DNA of 64,000 nucleotides. It comes from Bacillota bacterium (GTDB taxonomy: Bacteria > Bacillota > Clostridia > TANB77 > CAG-508). A program made the position numbers and the translations under genes. The stretch lies in the NCBI GenBank assembly GCA_963929525.1, contig CAWVJB010000020.1:2890-66889 (forward strand). The letters run 5' to 3'. The notes under the pieces were generated by a model that worked only from the letters and a program-made list of their open reading frames with translations, was not told the origin of the DNA and did no database searches. The stretch's first letter is position 1, and the number at the start of each line of letters is the position of its first letter. Below, one piece after another: positions 1-9,312 of the stretch.

Positions 1-448
1 AGATTTTTAGAGAAAGATTTAGAGTCTAACTTGTTTGAACATATATCGGAATTTTTACTAGAATTAGGTAGGGGATTTTCTTTTGTTGCAAGACAAAAAA
101 AGGATTGATGTAGATGGCGACAATTTTTATATTGATTTAGTGTTTTATAATTATGTGCTAAAATGTTTCGTTTTAATTGATTTAAAATTGGACAAACTAA
201 GGCATCAAGATATTGGACAAATGGATTTTTATGTTAGATATTATGATAATGAAATAAAAGCAGAAGATGATAATCCAACAATAGGAATTATATTGTGTTC
301 AGATAAGAAAGATACAATAGTAAAATATTCTGTTCTTAATGATAATAAAAACTTATTTGCATCAAAATATCAATTATATTTACCAACTGAAGAAGAATTA
401 GTAAGAGAAATTGAAAAGCAAAAAGAAGAATTTGAAGATAAGAAATGA
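1..448 (+). pseudogene. YhcG/DUF1016-type PDDEXK nuclease, C-terminal part (5' end outside window), frameshifted
   Basis: Frame 1 reads RFLEKDLESNLFEHISEFLLELGRGFSFVARQKKD* and frame 2 continues RIDVDGDNFYIDLVFYNYVLKCFVLIDLK (DUF1016-like core). The frame switch falls in the A7 run at 95-101. Confidence 0.6.
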
Positions 449-782
449 AATATATATTATAACAGGAAGAAATAATGGAGAATATACAAACCCTAATGAA
501 TTAACAAAATGGTGGTTAAATAAATATGATATTGTCTATGATAAATTAATATTTACAGATGCCTATGACAAACATGCAAAAACAGTAGTATGTTTAGAAA
601 ATACTATTGATTTAATGATTGAAGATAGTACAAGAATAAGTTTAGATTTAATAAATAATGGTATTAAAGTTTATACAATGAATACAAGGTATAATCAAAA
701 AGAACAGAACTTAGACAGAGTTTCAAAGTGGAAAGAAATATATGAAAGAATATCAAAATTAAATAAAAAAGAAGATAATCAA
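411..782 (+). pseudogene. YqfW-like HAD-superfamily nucleotidase fragment lacking the N-terminal DxD motif
   Basis: IYIITGR...TKWWLNKYDIVYDKLIFTD..DKH....IEDS matches HAD motifs II-III only. No catalytic N-terminus. Fused in frame to the next fragment. Confidence 0.45.
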
Positions 783-1115
783 AAAGTAAATATTATTTTA
801 GATACAGATATTTACAATGAATGTGATGATCAATTTGCATTATCCTATTTATTAAAATCACGAGATAAATTCAATATTGAAGCAATTACAGTAGAACCAT
901 ATCATCATGATAATAATATATCAATAGAAGAAGGAACAGACAAAAGTTATGATGAAATTATTAAAATATGTAATTGGTTAAATTTTGATTGTACTAACAA
1001 AGTATTTAAAGGTTCAACTGATTATGTAGTAAATGACTATAATGAAAAAAATGATGCAGTAAATAAAATTATAGAGATAGCAAATAAAAATGATAAAACC
1101 TATATTTTAATGTAG
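783..1115 (+). pseudogene. Inosine-uridine-preferring nucleoside hydrolase, N-terminal fragment only
   Basis: KVNIILDTDIYNECDDQFALSYLL resembles the IUNH DxDxxxDD..AL signature. The ORF stops after about 110 aa, where the GPLTN region would follow. Confidence 0.45.
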
Positions 1116-1425
1116 ATATTGATAAAACAATAACACTAGGATATGTTCATGATATTGGAAAATACAACGGAGAATCCCATGGACATGAGATAAGAGGATA
1201 TAACTATTTAAAAGATAAAGGCTATGATGAAGAATATTGCAATATATGTATAACACATGCATATTTGAATAATGACATTATTTGCACGGCTGGAGGAGTT
1301 CCAAATCCACAAGATAAACCTTCTATAGCAGAGTTTGTAAAAACACATAAATACACAATAGAAGAAAGAATAATAAACCTATGTGATTTAATGTGTCCAC
1401 AAGGTGGAAAAGTATTTACAATTTA
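1097..1425 (+). pseudogene. HD-domain phosphohydrolase, C-terminal fragment without a start codon
   Basis: Open frame ...LGYVHDIGKYNGESHGHEIRGYNYLKDKGY... (HD motif) has no ATG/GTG/TTG with an RBS and starts right at the end of the previous fragment. Confidence 0.45.
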
Positions 1426-1604
1426 AATATATGAAAACAGGTGTGAATATCAATTCGAAAAATGAATATGATGCCATATTAATTTCTGAATTTGAAACCA
1501 TGGAAGATTTAGAAACATATAAAAATCATCCAGAACATATCAAAGTATCAAATTTGTGTAAATCAATAAGACTTGATAGACAAGCAATTGATTATGAAAT
1601 TTAG
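1404..1604 (+). pseudogene. Dabb (stress-responsive A/B barrel) protein, C-terminal half only
   Basis: GVNINSKNEYDAILISEFETMEDLETYKNHPEHIKV....DYE matches the second half of Dabb domains. The N-terminal ~45 aa are missing. Confidence 0.45.
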
Positions 1605-1675
1605 AATGTAGAATAAAAGTAAAAATTGCATATGATTGCATAATTATAGAAGAACAACACATGGGAGAGTAAAGT

Positions 1676-2248
1676 ATGAATTTAGAAAAAATAAAAAATG
1701 CAAATACAAAATATATAGGAAAAGAAATAGAATATTTTAAAGAAATTTCTTCTACACATACATATGCAAAAGAAATTGCCATGCAAGAAAAACAGAATGG
1801 GAAAATTATCATAGCAGAAACACAAACAAATGGGATTGGAACTAAAGGAAGAGCTTGGTATACAGGAGAAAGCAAAAACATAGCTTTGACCATTATATTA
1901 AAACCAGAATGTTCAATTAGTAGATTAGAAGGTTTAACTGTAAAGATTGCAAAATGTATGCAGAAAACAATACAAGCGTTATATGAGATTGATTTGGAAA
2001 TAAAAGAACCCAATGATTTAATGTTAAATGGGAAAAAAATTTGTGGAATTTTAACAGAAATCAATACCATAGCAGAAAAGATGAATTATCTATTAATCAG
2101 TTTTGGATTTAATGTTAATGAAGATCATTTTTCAAAGGAAACAGAAGATAGTGCAACATCTTTAAAAAAAGAGTTTGGAAAAGAATTTGTTAGGGAAGAT
2201 ATCATAAAAAAATTTATAGAGATTCTAGAAAAGGAAATAGAATTATAG
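1676..2248 (+). CDS. birA: Biotin--[acetyl-CoA-carboxylase] ligase, group I (no HTH)
   Basis: GIGTKGRAW fits the GRGRxGRxW-type biotin ligase motif. The protein is 190 aa with no N-terminal DNA-binding domain. Confidence 0.8.
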   Translation: MNLEKIKNANTKYIGKEIEYFKEISSTHTYAKEIAMQEKQNGKIIIAETQTNGIGTKGRAWYTGESKNIALTIILKPECSISRLEGLTVKIAKCMQKTIQALYEIDLEIKEPNDLMLNGKKICGILTEINTIAEKMNYLLISFGFNVNEDHFSKETEDSATSLKKEFGKEFVREDIIKKFIEILEKEIEL

Positions 2249-2264
2249 TTCTATTTTTTTTTTT
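2235..2264 (+). terminator. Intrinsic terminator of birA
   Basis: Stem aaatagaa/ttctattt with the TAG stop in the loop, followed by a T11 run. Confidence 0.7.
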
Positions 2265-2381
2265 CGTAAATATACATTAAAAGAAAAACGTATAGAAAGT
2301 ATTGAAAAAATAGAAAATATTAACCAATATTTTACATATTTAAAGGAAAGGAGATTATGATATTTATCATAAAAGAAAAGT

Positions 2382-2774
2382 ATGGAAAATTCAGAAAATG
2401 CAAACAATAAAAATTTTATCAATATATTAAAGGGTCTAGGAATTGCCTTTATTATCACCTTTATTTTTTTATTGATTTTATCAATTGTACTAACATATAC
2501 AAATGTTTCTGAAAATATAATTAATCCAACTATCATTATTATTACAGCAATTAGTATATTGATAGGAAGTAGTATTAGTAATATAAAAATAAAAAAGAAT
2601 GGATTAATAAATGGAGGCATTATAGGAGGAGTATATATTATATTACTATATTTGTTTTCAAGTATTTTCAGCATGCAATTTTCTTTAACCATGCAATCGG
2701 TTATTATGATCATTACAGGAATTGTTTTTGGAATTCTGGGAGGAATTATAGGTGTTAATATATCTTCTAAGTAA
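2382..2774 (+). CDS. TIGR04086-like small membrane protein
   Basis: 130 aa with 3-4 hydrophobic helices. The pattern ILKGLGIAFIITF...IGSSIS...NGLINGGIIG is typical of this family. Confidence 0.55.
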   Translation: MENSENANNKNFINILKGLGIAFIITFIFLLILSIVLTYTNVSENIINPTIIIITAISILIGSSISNIKIKKNGLINGGIIGGVYIILLYLFSSIFSMQFSLTMQSVIMIITGIVFGILGGIIGVNISSK

Positions 2775-2833
2775 AAGTGGTCGCAAAATTTGGATTACAT
2801 ATATGAACTTATGATGCACATGAAAAATGGATA

Positions 2834-2929
2834 CAAATTTTACTAACGTAAAATTTGGCGCTCGAACAATAACGCAGGCTTTAAAATGTTAAGAACAGAG
2901 AAAATATTAAAAAAGCCCGCTATTGTTCT
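2834..2929 (+). repeat. Family F element, copy 1 (TTTTACTAACGTAAAA mini-hairpin plus GAACAATA.CG.GGC/GCCCGCTATTGTTC hairpin)
   Basis: About 95 bp, alignable to 49309-49401 and 61323-61417. The 14-bp stem is followed by ttatttt. Confidence 0.8.
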
Positions 2930-3011
2930 TATTTTATATATTTTGTTATAGAACATTATTTTTTTTATCCAAGAATATAGATTACTCTAAGGATGGCATA
3001 TATATAAGAGT

Positions 3012-4361
3012 TTATCCAACATAATCTGTATAAATGACACGATTCCAGTAATTTAATAAATGCTGTTTTTCTGATTTAGGAACAATATTAATTCTAATAG
3101 CAGAAAAAGGCTTATCATGAGAATAAGTTGTTTCTTCACCATCAGAAGAGGCTCTTAACCAACCAACAGATGGAACATAAATTTGATAAACAATAGAATA
3201 TTCTTCACAATTCTTTAACTGAAAGGCAATTCCAGAAAGACCATATAAATTTTGTTTTGCAATTTCTTGAGGAATAGGATTGGTTTGGTTTAAGCAAGTA
3301 TTGCCAGCTGTATTATGTCCATAGCCACCTAACTGTAAAGTAAATTTACCCAGAAAATGTATAGCATTTTGACTAGAAATGTCAAACCAAGTAGTAGGAC
3401 TAGGTGAATATCCATAGGTATATTTAATTTCAGAAGATTTGCATATAGCACTTGTGTTTTCTCCCCAATAGGTATAATCAAAAACTCTCCCTTGCAATAT
3501 ATGATTATCAATGTCACCATCCAGATAAGTAATGATTCTTTCAGATTTTTTAGAAGAGGAGTCAATAATGGCTTGTTTTCCAGAAATTTCTCCACTATGA
3601 TTAAATTCATTAACAGGATAACCGCTATTATGAGTGGCATAATACAACATGATATTTTTAGCGTGTTGTATATTAACAAAAACTTCGGCTGTGTTTCCAG
3701 CATAATCTGTTATGGTGATAGGATAAGAAATAGGAGAAGAAAATACTTTAGACAAAGAAGAATTTGTATTATAGAAATCCCAACCATTTATAGGTCTTAA
3801 ATTTTCATTAGATTGAATGATATATTGTGATTTATTATTTTCAATAGATAATTCTTTACAAGTAGAAGTAGGAGAAATATTATCAATAGAAATTCCAGTA
3901 TCAAATTTTTGAACATCATTTTTTTGACCAAAAGAATCTTCGATGATGCCTTCTGGAAAAACAATACTTAGATTTCCATTTCCAGATAATTTAGAAAGCA
4001 TAACATCATAAATCAATTCACCAGAATCGTTAGAAAGTAAAAACATATGAATAGATGGATGAGTAAGCGTATCATTTATAAAAATTTGTATATGATCACG
4101 ATTAAATTGATTTATTGCAACATTTTTTTCTGTAATTTTTACTCTAAAAGAAACAACATGTGAAACATTGGCATATTTTTCATATCCTGTATTTGTATTG
4201 GAAATACCTAAAATTTCAATAGTTGGTTTTTTTTGGATTTGAATTTTAGTTGCAGTAAAAGAATCATTAAAGATATATTTTGAAAAACTTATTTGATTAT
4301 GAAATGGTATCCAAAAAAAGAAAATGCAAAATATAAGAATGATAAAAATTTTTTTGTTCAA
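3012..4361 (-). CDS. Membrane-anchored or secreted protein of unknown function with a possible C-terminal ChW-like repeat
   Basis: N-terminal hydrophobic segment followed by FSKY. YQIYVPSVGWLRASSDGEE...AIRINIV resembles a clostridial hydrophobic-W repeat. Confidence 0.5.
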   Translation of the reverse strand: MNKKIFIILIFCIFFFWIPFHNQISFSKYIFNDSFTATKIQIQKKPTIEILGISNTNTGYEKYANVSHVVSFRVKITEKNVAINQFNRDHIQIFINDTLTHPSIHMFLLSNDSGELIYDVMLSKLSGNGNLSIVFPEGIIEDSFGQKNDVQKFDTGISIDNISPTSTCKELSIENNKSQYIIQSNENLRPINGWDFYNTNSSLSKVFSSPISYPITITDYAGNTAEVFVNIQHAKNIMLYYATHNSGYPVNEFNHSGEISGKQAIIDSSSKKSERIITYLDGDIDNHILQGRVFDYTYWGENTSAICKSSEIKYTYGYSPSPTTWFDISSQNAIHFLGKFTLQLGGYGHNTAGNTCLNQTNPIPQEIAKQNLYGLSGIAFQLKNCEEYSIVYQIYVPSVGWLRASSDGEETTYSHDKPFSAIRINIVPKSEKQHLLNYWNRVIYTDYVG

Positions 4362-4707
4362 AAAATCCCTCCTTAAAATGCATATACAATATATACATAG
4401 TTTAAAATTTAATATTTGTTGGAATTTTATACGAAATAAAATATTTGAATATGAATATATTCATTATATAGTGGAAAAAAGAAAAAGTCAAGAAAAATAT
4501 TTAAAGATAATTGTAAGAAAAGTGTCGAATTTTGCGATGAAAAAAACAATAAATAAACATAAACAATTGACAATCATAAAATATGGAAATATAATGTAAT
4601 TATATTTTTTCTATAATTTTTATCATTCATTTTTATCATTAATTTTTAATTTCAAGATGATTTCTCAAATGAACAAAAAAATAAATAAGTAAAGGAGGTC
4701 TGCCTAT

Positions 4708-5292
4708 TTGAATAAAAAGAAAACATTTTTGCTAGTGATTTGTATCATATTAGCCATGACATTTGCTTTTTTGGGAGGAAATGTATTTTCTAAATACTTG
4801 TCAGAAATAACAGGAACAGGAACAGCTGAAATAGCCAATTGGGTTTTTAAAGTCAATGGAAAAGAAGATGCAGTGCAAAACATAAATTTATTATCTACAT
4901 ATCATAATGAAACATTAATTAATAATAAAATAGCACCAGGAACAAGTGGAAGTTTCAATATTGTAGTGGATGCAACAGGGTCTGAAGTAGGAGTAGAATA
5001 TGCTATACACTTTTTAAATGAAAGTGAAAAACCAGAAAATTTAATTTTTATCTATGATAATGAAGAATATTTTACAATACAAGATTTAGAAAAAGATTTA
5101 ACAGGAATAATAAATGCAAATGATGAAGAAAAAACAAGAACAATTACAATTTATTGGGAATGGCAATATGAAACTGGAAACAATGAAAATGAAATTAACC
5201 AAAATGACCAAATTGATACAAATAATGCAAAGCAATTAGAAAACTATACATTTGATATCAATGTCAAAGGTATACAAGTTATGCCACAATAA
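4708..5292 (+). CDS. Secreted protein, paralog A, with TasA/camelysin-like signal region (function unknown)
   Basis: TTG start 9 nt after AAAGGAGG. Signal helix is followed by GGNVFSKY (compare TasA GGGTWAAF). KIAPGTSGSFNIVV and IYWEWQYE are shared with 6099..6722. Confidence 0.6.
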   Translation: MNKKKTFLLVICIILAMTFAFLGGNVFSKYLSEITGTGTAEIANWVFKVNGKEDAVQNINLLSTYHNETLINNKIAPGTSGSFNIVVDATGSEVGVEYAIHFLNESEKPENLIFIYDNEEYFTIQDLEKDLTGIINANDEEKTRTITIYWEWQYETGNNENEINQNDQIDTNNAKQLENYTFDINVKGIQVMPQ

Positions 5293-5537
5293 TTAGGAAT
5301 TTACAAAAGAAATAAAATAGTATGAATATGATAACCCCTAAAAAATATATAAATTAAAATATGGAAATCAAAAATTAATATGGATATTTTTCCAATTAAA
5401 AATTATAGAGAAATATGTAAAACAAAAGCATATGATAAATTATAAAAATATTTAGCAAAACAAATAATCTTTTTTATTCATTAAGAGGACAAGTTCCTCT
5501 TAATGAATATAGTATACGAGAAAGGAGAAATTGAAAT

Positions 5538-6098
5538 TTGAATGTAAATTTTATAAAAAAAACAAAAGGGATGACATTAAAAAATTTAAAAAAAGAACAA
5601 AAGAAATATCATGATAAAAAAAAAGAAATGTTTATCATTTTTAGTGTTTTTATCATAGGAATAACATTTTTTTTGGGTGTCAGTATTGGAAAAGCAGTTC
5701 ATAATACTAATATAAAAAACACAACCCAAATTGCAAAACCAATTTTAGAAGTGGAAAAAGATTCAGAAATCATGATTACAGAAAATAATAAAAAAGGTGA
5801 ATATCATTTTATGGTAAAAAACTTTAATCATACAGATGAGATTTCACAAGTAGATTTAATCTATTACATAGAAATATTAGAAAACAATCTAGATGATTCT
5901 ATTCAATATGAACTATATAAAGATGACAAAAAATTAGAATTGAAAACAAACAAAACAGAACAAATGACATTTCATAAAAATGTAAAAGAAGAACAAAAAT
6001 ATATATTAAAAGTGACATATGATTCTAGTAAAAATAGCATGGAAGATATTATGCAAGAAATACAAATAAAAGTACATTCAGAACAATTAAAAATATAG
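5538..6098 (+). CDS. Membrane-anchored protein of unknown function (beta-rich ectodomain)
   Basis: TTG start after AAAGGAG. K-rich N-terminus, one TM helix, then alternating-polarity strands. Stop abuts the next gene. Confidence 0.55.
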   Translation: MNVNFIKKTKGMTLKNLKKEQKKYHDKKKEMFIIFSVFIIGITFFLGVSIGKAVHNTNIKNTTQIAKPILEVEKDSEIMITENNKKGEYHFMVKNFNHTDEISQVDLIYYIEILENNLDDSIQYELYKDDKKLELKTNKTEQMTFHKNVKEEQKYILKVTYDSSKNSMEDIMQEIQIKVHSEQLKI

Positions 6099-6722
6099 GT
6101 GAGAAAAATGAAAAAAAACAAAAAAATATATATGATGATCATCATCAGTTTGGTATGTATCATTTTGCTGACAATCTATTTTATACAATATGATTTTTTA
6201 CAAGAAGATTTACTATTTTTTCAATTATTCCATTTAAACACATATTCCAATGATAGCTCAGAAAACAATACTTCACAAATTCGTAATACGCAAAAAAATG
6301 CACATATGGAAACAATTTCTTTTTGTGTGCAAAATCAAAATAAAAAATTGAAAGCATTAAATTTAAATAATACTGTAAATAATCAAACTTTAGTAAATGA
6401 AAAAATAGCACCAGGAACAAGTGGTAGATTTGATATTGTATTAAAAAGCTATGAAACTTTAAATTATAAAATTGACTTTAAAAGCGAAAATAAAAAGCCA
6501 ACAAATTTACGTTTCTTTACATCTGAAAATAAAACGACATATAATACCTTAGAAGAATTAGGAAAAAGTTTAACAGGTATTATTTTTCATCATGAAGAAA
6601 AAACAATACCTATTTATTGGCAATGGGATTATGAAATTGATCATCAACAAAATGAACAAGATACCTTAGATGCCGAAGAAATTAAAGAATATCGATTTTT
6701 GATATATGTACAAGGATATTAA
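6099..6722 (+). CDS. Secreted or anchored protein, paralog B of 4708..5292
   Basis: EKIAPGTSGRFDIVL, SLTGII and IYWQWDYE align with paralog A. ATG at 6108 after AGGTGA is the more likely start. Confidence 0.6.
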   Translation: MRKMKKNKKIYMMIIISLVCIILLTIYFIQYDFLQEDLLFFQLFHLNTYSNDSSENNTSQIRNTQKNAHMETISFCVQNQNKKLKALNLNNTVNNQTLVNEKIAPGTSGRFDIVLKSYETLNYKIDFKSENKKPTNLRFFTSENKTTYNTLEELGKSLTGIIFHHEEKTIPIYWQWDYEIDHQQNEQDTLDAEEIKEYRFLIYVQGY

Positions 6723-6800
6723 GGTTACAGTTCAGACCTAATCATCTAAAAATATCATGTATCACACTTACCTTAAGATGATTAGGTCTGAACTGTAACC
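6723..6800. repeat. Family A palindrome, copy 1
   Basis: Perfect 25-bp arms ggttacagttcagacctaatcatct / agatgattaggtctgaactgtaacc with a 28-nt loop, flanked on both sides by TATTAA. Confidence 0.9.
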
Positions 6801-6879
6801 TATTAAGCAGAGAAAGGTTATAAAATCAATAAAAGTACTTGTAAAATGCGAAAAGACATTATATAATAAAAAAGTAGAT

Positions 6880-6954
6880 TGGGGTATCGCCAAGTGGTAA
6901 GGCATCGGACTCTGACTCCGACATTCCTGTGTTCGAATCACAGTACCCCAGCCA
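6880..6954 (+). tRNA. tRNA-Gln (CUG)
   Basis: 75-nt cloverleaf TGGGGTA...TACCCCAGCCA with a U1:A72 pair, anticodon loop CTCTGAC and TTCGAAT T-loop. Close to E. coli tRNA-Gln2. Confidence 0.9.
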
Positions 6955-7078
6955 AAACAAAACGGAACAGGATATAGTTATGCTAGAAATGAAATGTTTA
7001 TCATATCAGAAATTCTCATATAATCATAAATTTGGAACATACTAATATCAAATTTATACAAATATGGAGGATTTAAGA

Positions 7079-7666
7079 ATGACCAACAATATTTCTGGCA
7101 TTACTTTAATTAGTTTGGTGATGACAATTATTGTATTATTAATATTAGTATCTATTACGACATACACTGGAATAGATACAATTCATTCGGCTCAATTGAC
7201 AAAATTTACGATAGAATTAAAAATGATGCAACAAAAAGTGAATGAATTATATGATTGCTATATAAATGGGAGAGTTGTAACAATAAATGGAACAGATTAT
7301 GTGGGAAAAGGAGAATATGCCAACCAACATATAGAAAATGAGCAACAGCAAACAATTCAAATTAAACAAGGCGTTCAAGATATTGGAAAACATATAGAGG
7401 ATTATTTTACAACAAACGAGTTAGAAACAATTTTTTCAATAGAAAAATCAGGAGTAACAGACAAAGAAGGGTATAAATATTATGATGAAAAAACTTTACA
7501 AGAATTAGGATTTACAAATATGAAATATCGTTTTTTTGTAAATGTTGCTAATAGAAGTGTGATATGTACAGAAGGATTTCATGATGGAGAGAATATATAT
7601 TATACATTAAACCAAATTCCAGATGGTGTATATAATGTGCAATATAACAATATAGAAATCAACTAA
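7079..7666 (+). CDS. Type IV pilin-like protein lacking Glu5
   Basis: GGAGGA lies 7 nt upstream of ATG 7079. N-terminus is MTNNISG|ITLISLVMTIIVLLILVSI (prepilin-like leader and helix with Ser at +5). The ORF track start at 7064 is less likely. Confidence 0.55.
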   Translation: MTNNISGITLISLVMTIIVLLILVSITTYTGIDTIHSAQLTKFTIELKMMQQKVNELYDCYINGRVVTINGTDYVGKGEYANQHIENEQQQTIQIKQGVQDIGKHIEDYFTTNELETIFSIEKSGVTDKEGYKYYDEKTLQELGFTNMKYRFFVNVANRSVICTEGFHDGENIYYTLNQIPDGVYNVQYNNIEIN

Positions 7667-7728
7667 TTACCTTTACTTTTTGGTAAAATTAGGATATAAT
7701 GTAACAAGTTAACAAGAAAAAAGGAGAG

Positions 7729-9240
7729 ATGGATATGCAAGAAAATCATGTAAATGAAAATCAAGCAGAAGAATTAGATATCAATCATTTAATGCAAATC
7801 AGACGAGACAAATTAGAAGAATTAAAAGAACAAGGAAAAAATCCATATGAAATTACAAAATTTAATAGAACCAACACAGCAGGAAAAATCAAAGCAAATT
7901 ATGAAGCATTTGAGCAAAAAGATGTAACGATTGCAGGGAGAATGATTGCTAAAAGAATTATGGGAAAAGCATCATTTTGTACGATTCAAGATAGTGATGG
8001 AAAAATCCAAAGTTATGTCAGCATTAATGATTTAGGAGATGAAAGTTATAAAGCATTTAAAACATTTGATATAGGAGATATTATTGGAATTACAGGTTTT
8101 GTATTCAAAACCAGAACAGAAGAAATTTCTGTACATGCAAAAGAAGTGACATTACTTACAAAATCTTTAAGACCATTGCCAGAAAAATTCCATGGATTAA
8201 AAGATATGGACTTAAGATATCGTCAAAGATATGTTGATTTAATTATGAATCCAGAAGTAAAAGAAACATTCATTTTAAGAAGTAAAATTTTAAAAGAAAT
8301 CAGAAAATTTATGGATGAACAAGGATACATGGAAGTAGAAACACCAATGCTTACAACAGTAGCTACTGGTGATGCTGCAAGACCATTTATCACACATCAT
8401 AATACATTAGATTTACAAATGTATTTAAGAATTGCACCAGAACTAAATCTAAAAAGATTAATTGTAGGTGGATTTGATAAAGTATTTGAAATTGGTAAGA
8501 ATTTTAGAAATGAAGGAATGGATATTAAACATAACCCAGAATTTACCAATATGGAATTTTATTCAGCTTACGAAGATTATCATGATATGATGAATCTATC
8601 AGAACAGCTAATTTCAACTGTAGCAAAAAATACCTTAGGAACAACAAACATCACCTATCAAGGACAAGAAATTGATTTAGCTCCAGGTTGGAAGAAAATC
8701 ACCATGATAGATGCCATAAAAGAAGTAACAGGTGTTGATTTCAATACAATCAATACTGATGAAGAAGCACAAGCTTTAGCAAAAGAAAAAGGTGTAGAAT
8801 ATGAAGAAATCAAAAATACAAGAGGACATATTATCAATGAATTTTTCGAAACATTTGTAGAAGAAACCTTAATACAACCAACATTTATCATGGATTATCC
8901 AGTAGAAGTATCACCACTTACAAAAAGAAAGAAAGAAGACTCAAGATTAGTTGAAAGATTTGAATTGTTCATTGGAGGAAGAGAATATGGAAATGCTTAT
9001 TCAGAATTAAATGATCCAATTGATCAATATGAAAGATTTTTAAAACAAGTTGAAGCAAAAGAAAAAGGTGATGAAGAAGCAGGCGGAATGGACGAAGATT
9101 TCGTAAATGCACTAGAAATCGGATTACCACCAACAGGCGGAATGGGAATTGGATTAGATAGACTCATTATGCTATTAACAGATTCTGCTTCCATAAGAGA
9201 TGTATTGTTTTTCCCAACGATGAAACCTTTAAATACTTAG
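7729..9240 (+). CDS. lysS: Lysine--tRNA ligase, class II
   Basis: Full-length LysS-like sequence (OB anticodon domain, RPFITHHN, GGxDKVFEIGxNFRNEG, GLGIGLDRL). Alternative start ATG at 7735. Confidence 0.95.
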   Translation: MDMQENHVNENQAEELDINHLMQIRRDKLEELKEQGKNPYEITKFNRTNTAGKIKANYEAFEQKDVTIAGRMIAKRIMGKASFCTIQDSDGKIQSYVSINDLGDESYKAFKTFDIGDIIGITGFVFKTRTEEISVHAKEVTLLTKSLRPLPEKFHGLKDMDLRYRQRYVDLIMNPEVKETFILRSKILKEIRKFMDEQGYMEVETPMLTTVATGDAARPFITHHNTLDLQMYLRIAPELNLKRLIVGGFDKVFEIGKNFRNEGMDIKHNPEFTNMEFYSAYEDYHDMMNLSEQLISTVAKNTLGTTNITYQGQEIDLAPGWKKITMIDAIKEVTGVDFNTINTDEEAQALAKEKGVEYEEIKNTRGHIINEFFETFVEETLIQPTFIMDYPVEVSPLTKRKKEDSRLVERFELFIGGREYGNAYSELNDPIDQYERFLKQVEAKEKGDEEAGGMDEDFVNALEIGLPPTGGMGIGLDRLIMLLTDSASIRDVLFFPTMKPLNT

Positions 9241-9312
9241 CAATTTGCAACTATCATGCAAGATAAAAAAAGTATACGAAGGAATTATAAAAAGGGGAAG
9301 ATAGGAGTAAAT

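Noticed and set aside
1540-2713. Hydrophobic minus-strand ORFs 1540..2070 and 2243..2713
   Set aside because: They are antisense to birA and the TIGR04086-like gene. They are Phe/Ile/Leu-rich artefacts of AT-rich sequence and have no RBS.
2843-2858. TACTAAC in family F as an intron branch-point or group II intron signature
   Set aside because: There is no intron-encoded protein, no domain V/VI-like structure and no exon-binding context. The heptamer is simply the loop of a ttttac/gtaaaa mini-hairpin.
4324-4599. ORF 4324..4599 (+) in the divergent promoter region
   Set aside because: It overlaps the 5' end of the 3012..4361 gene, has no SD, and shows basic, AT-driven composition.
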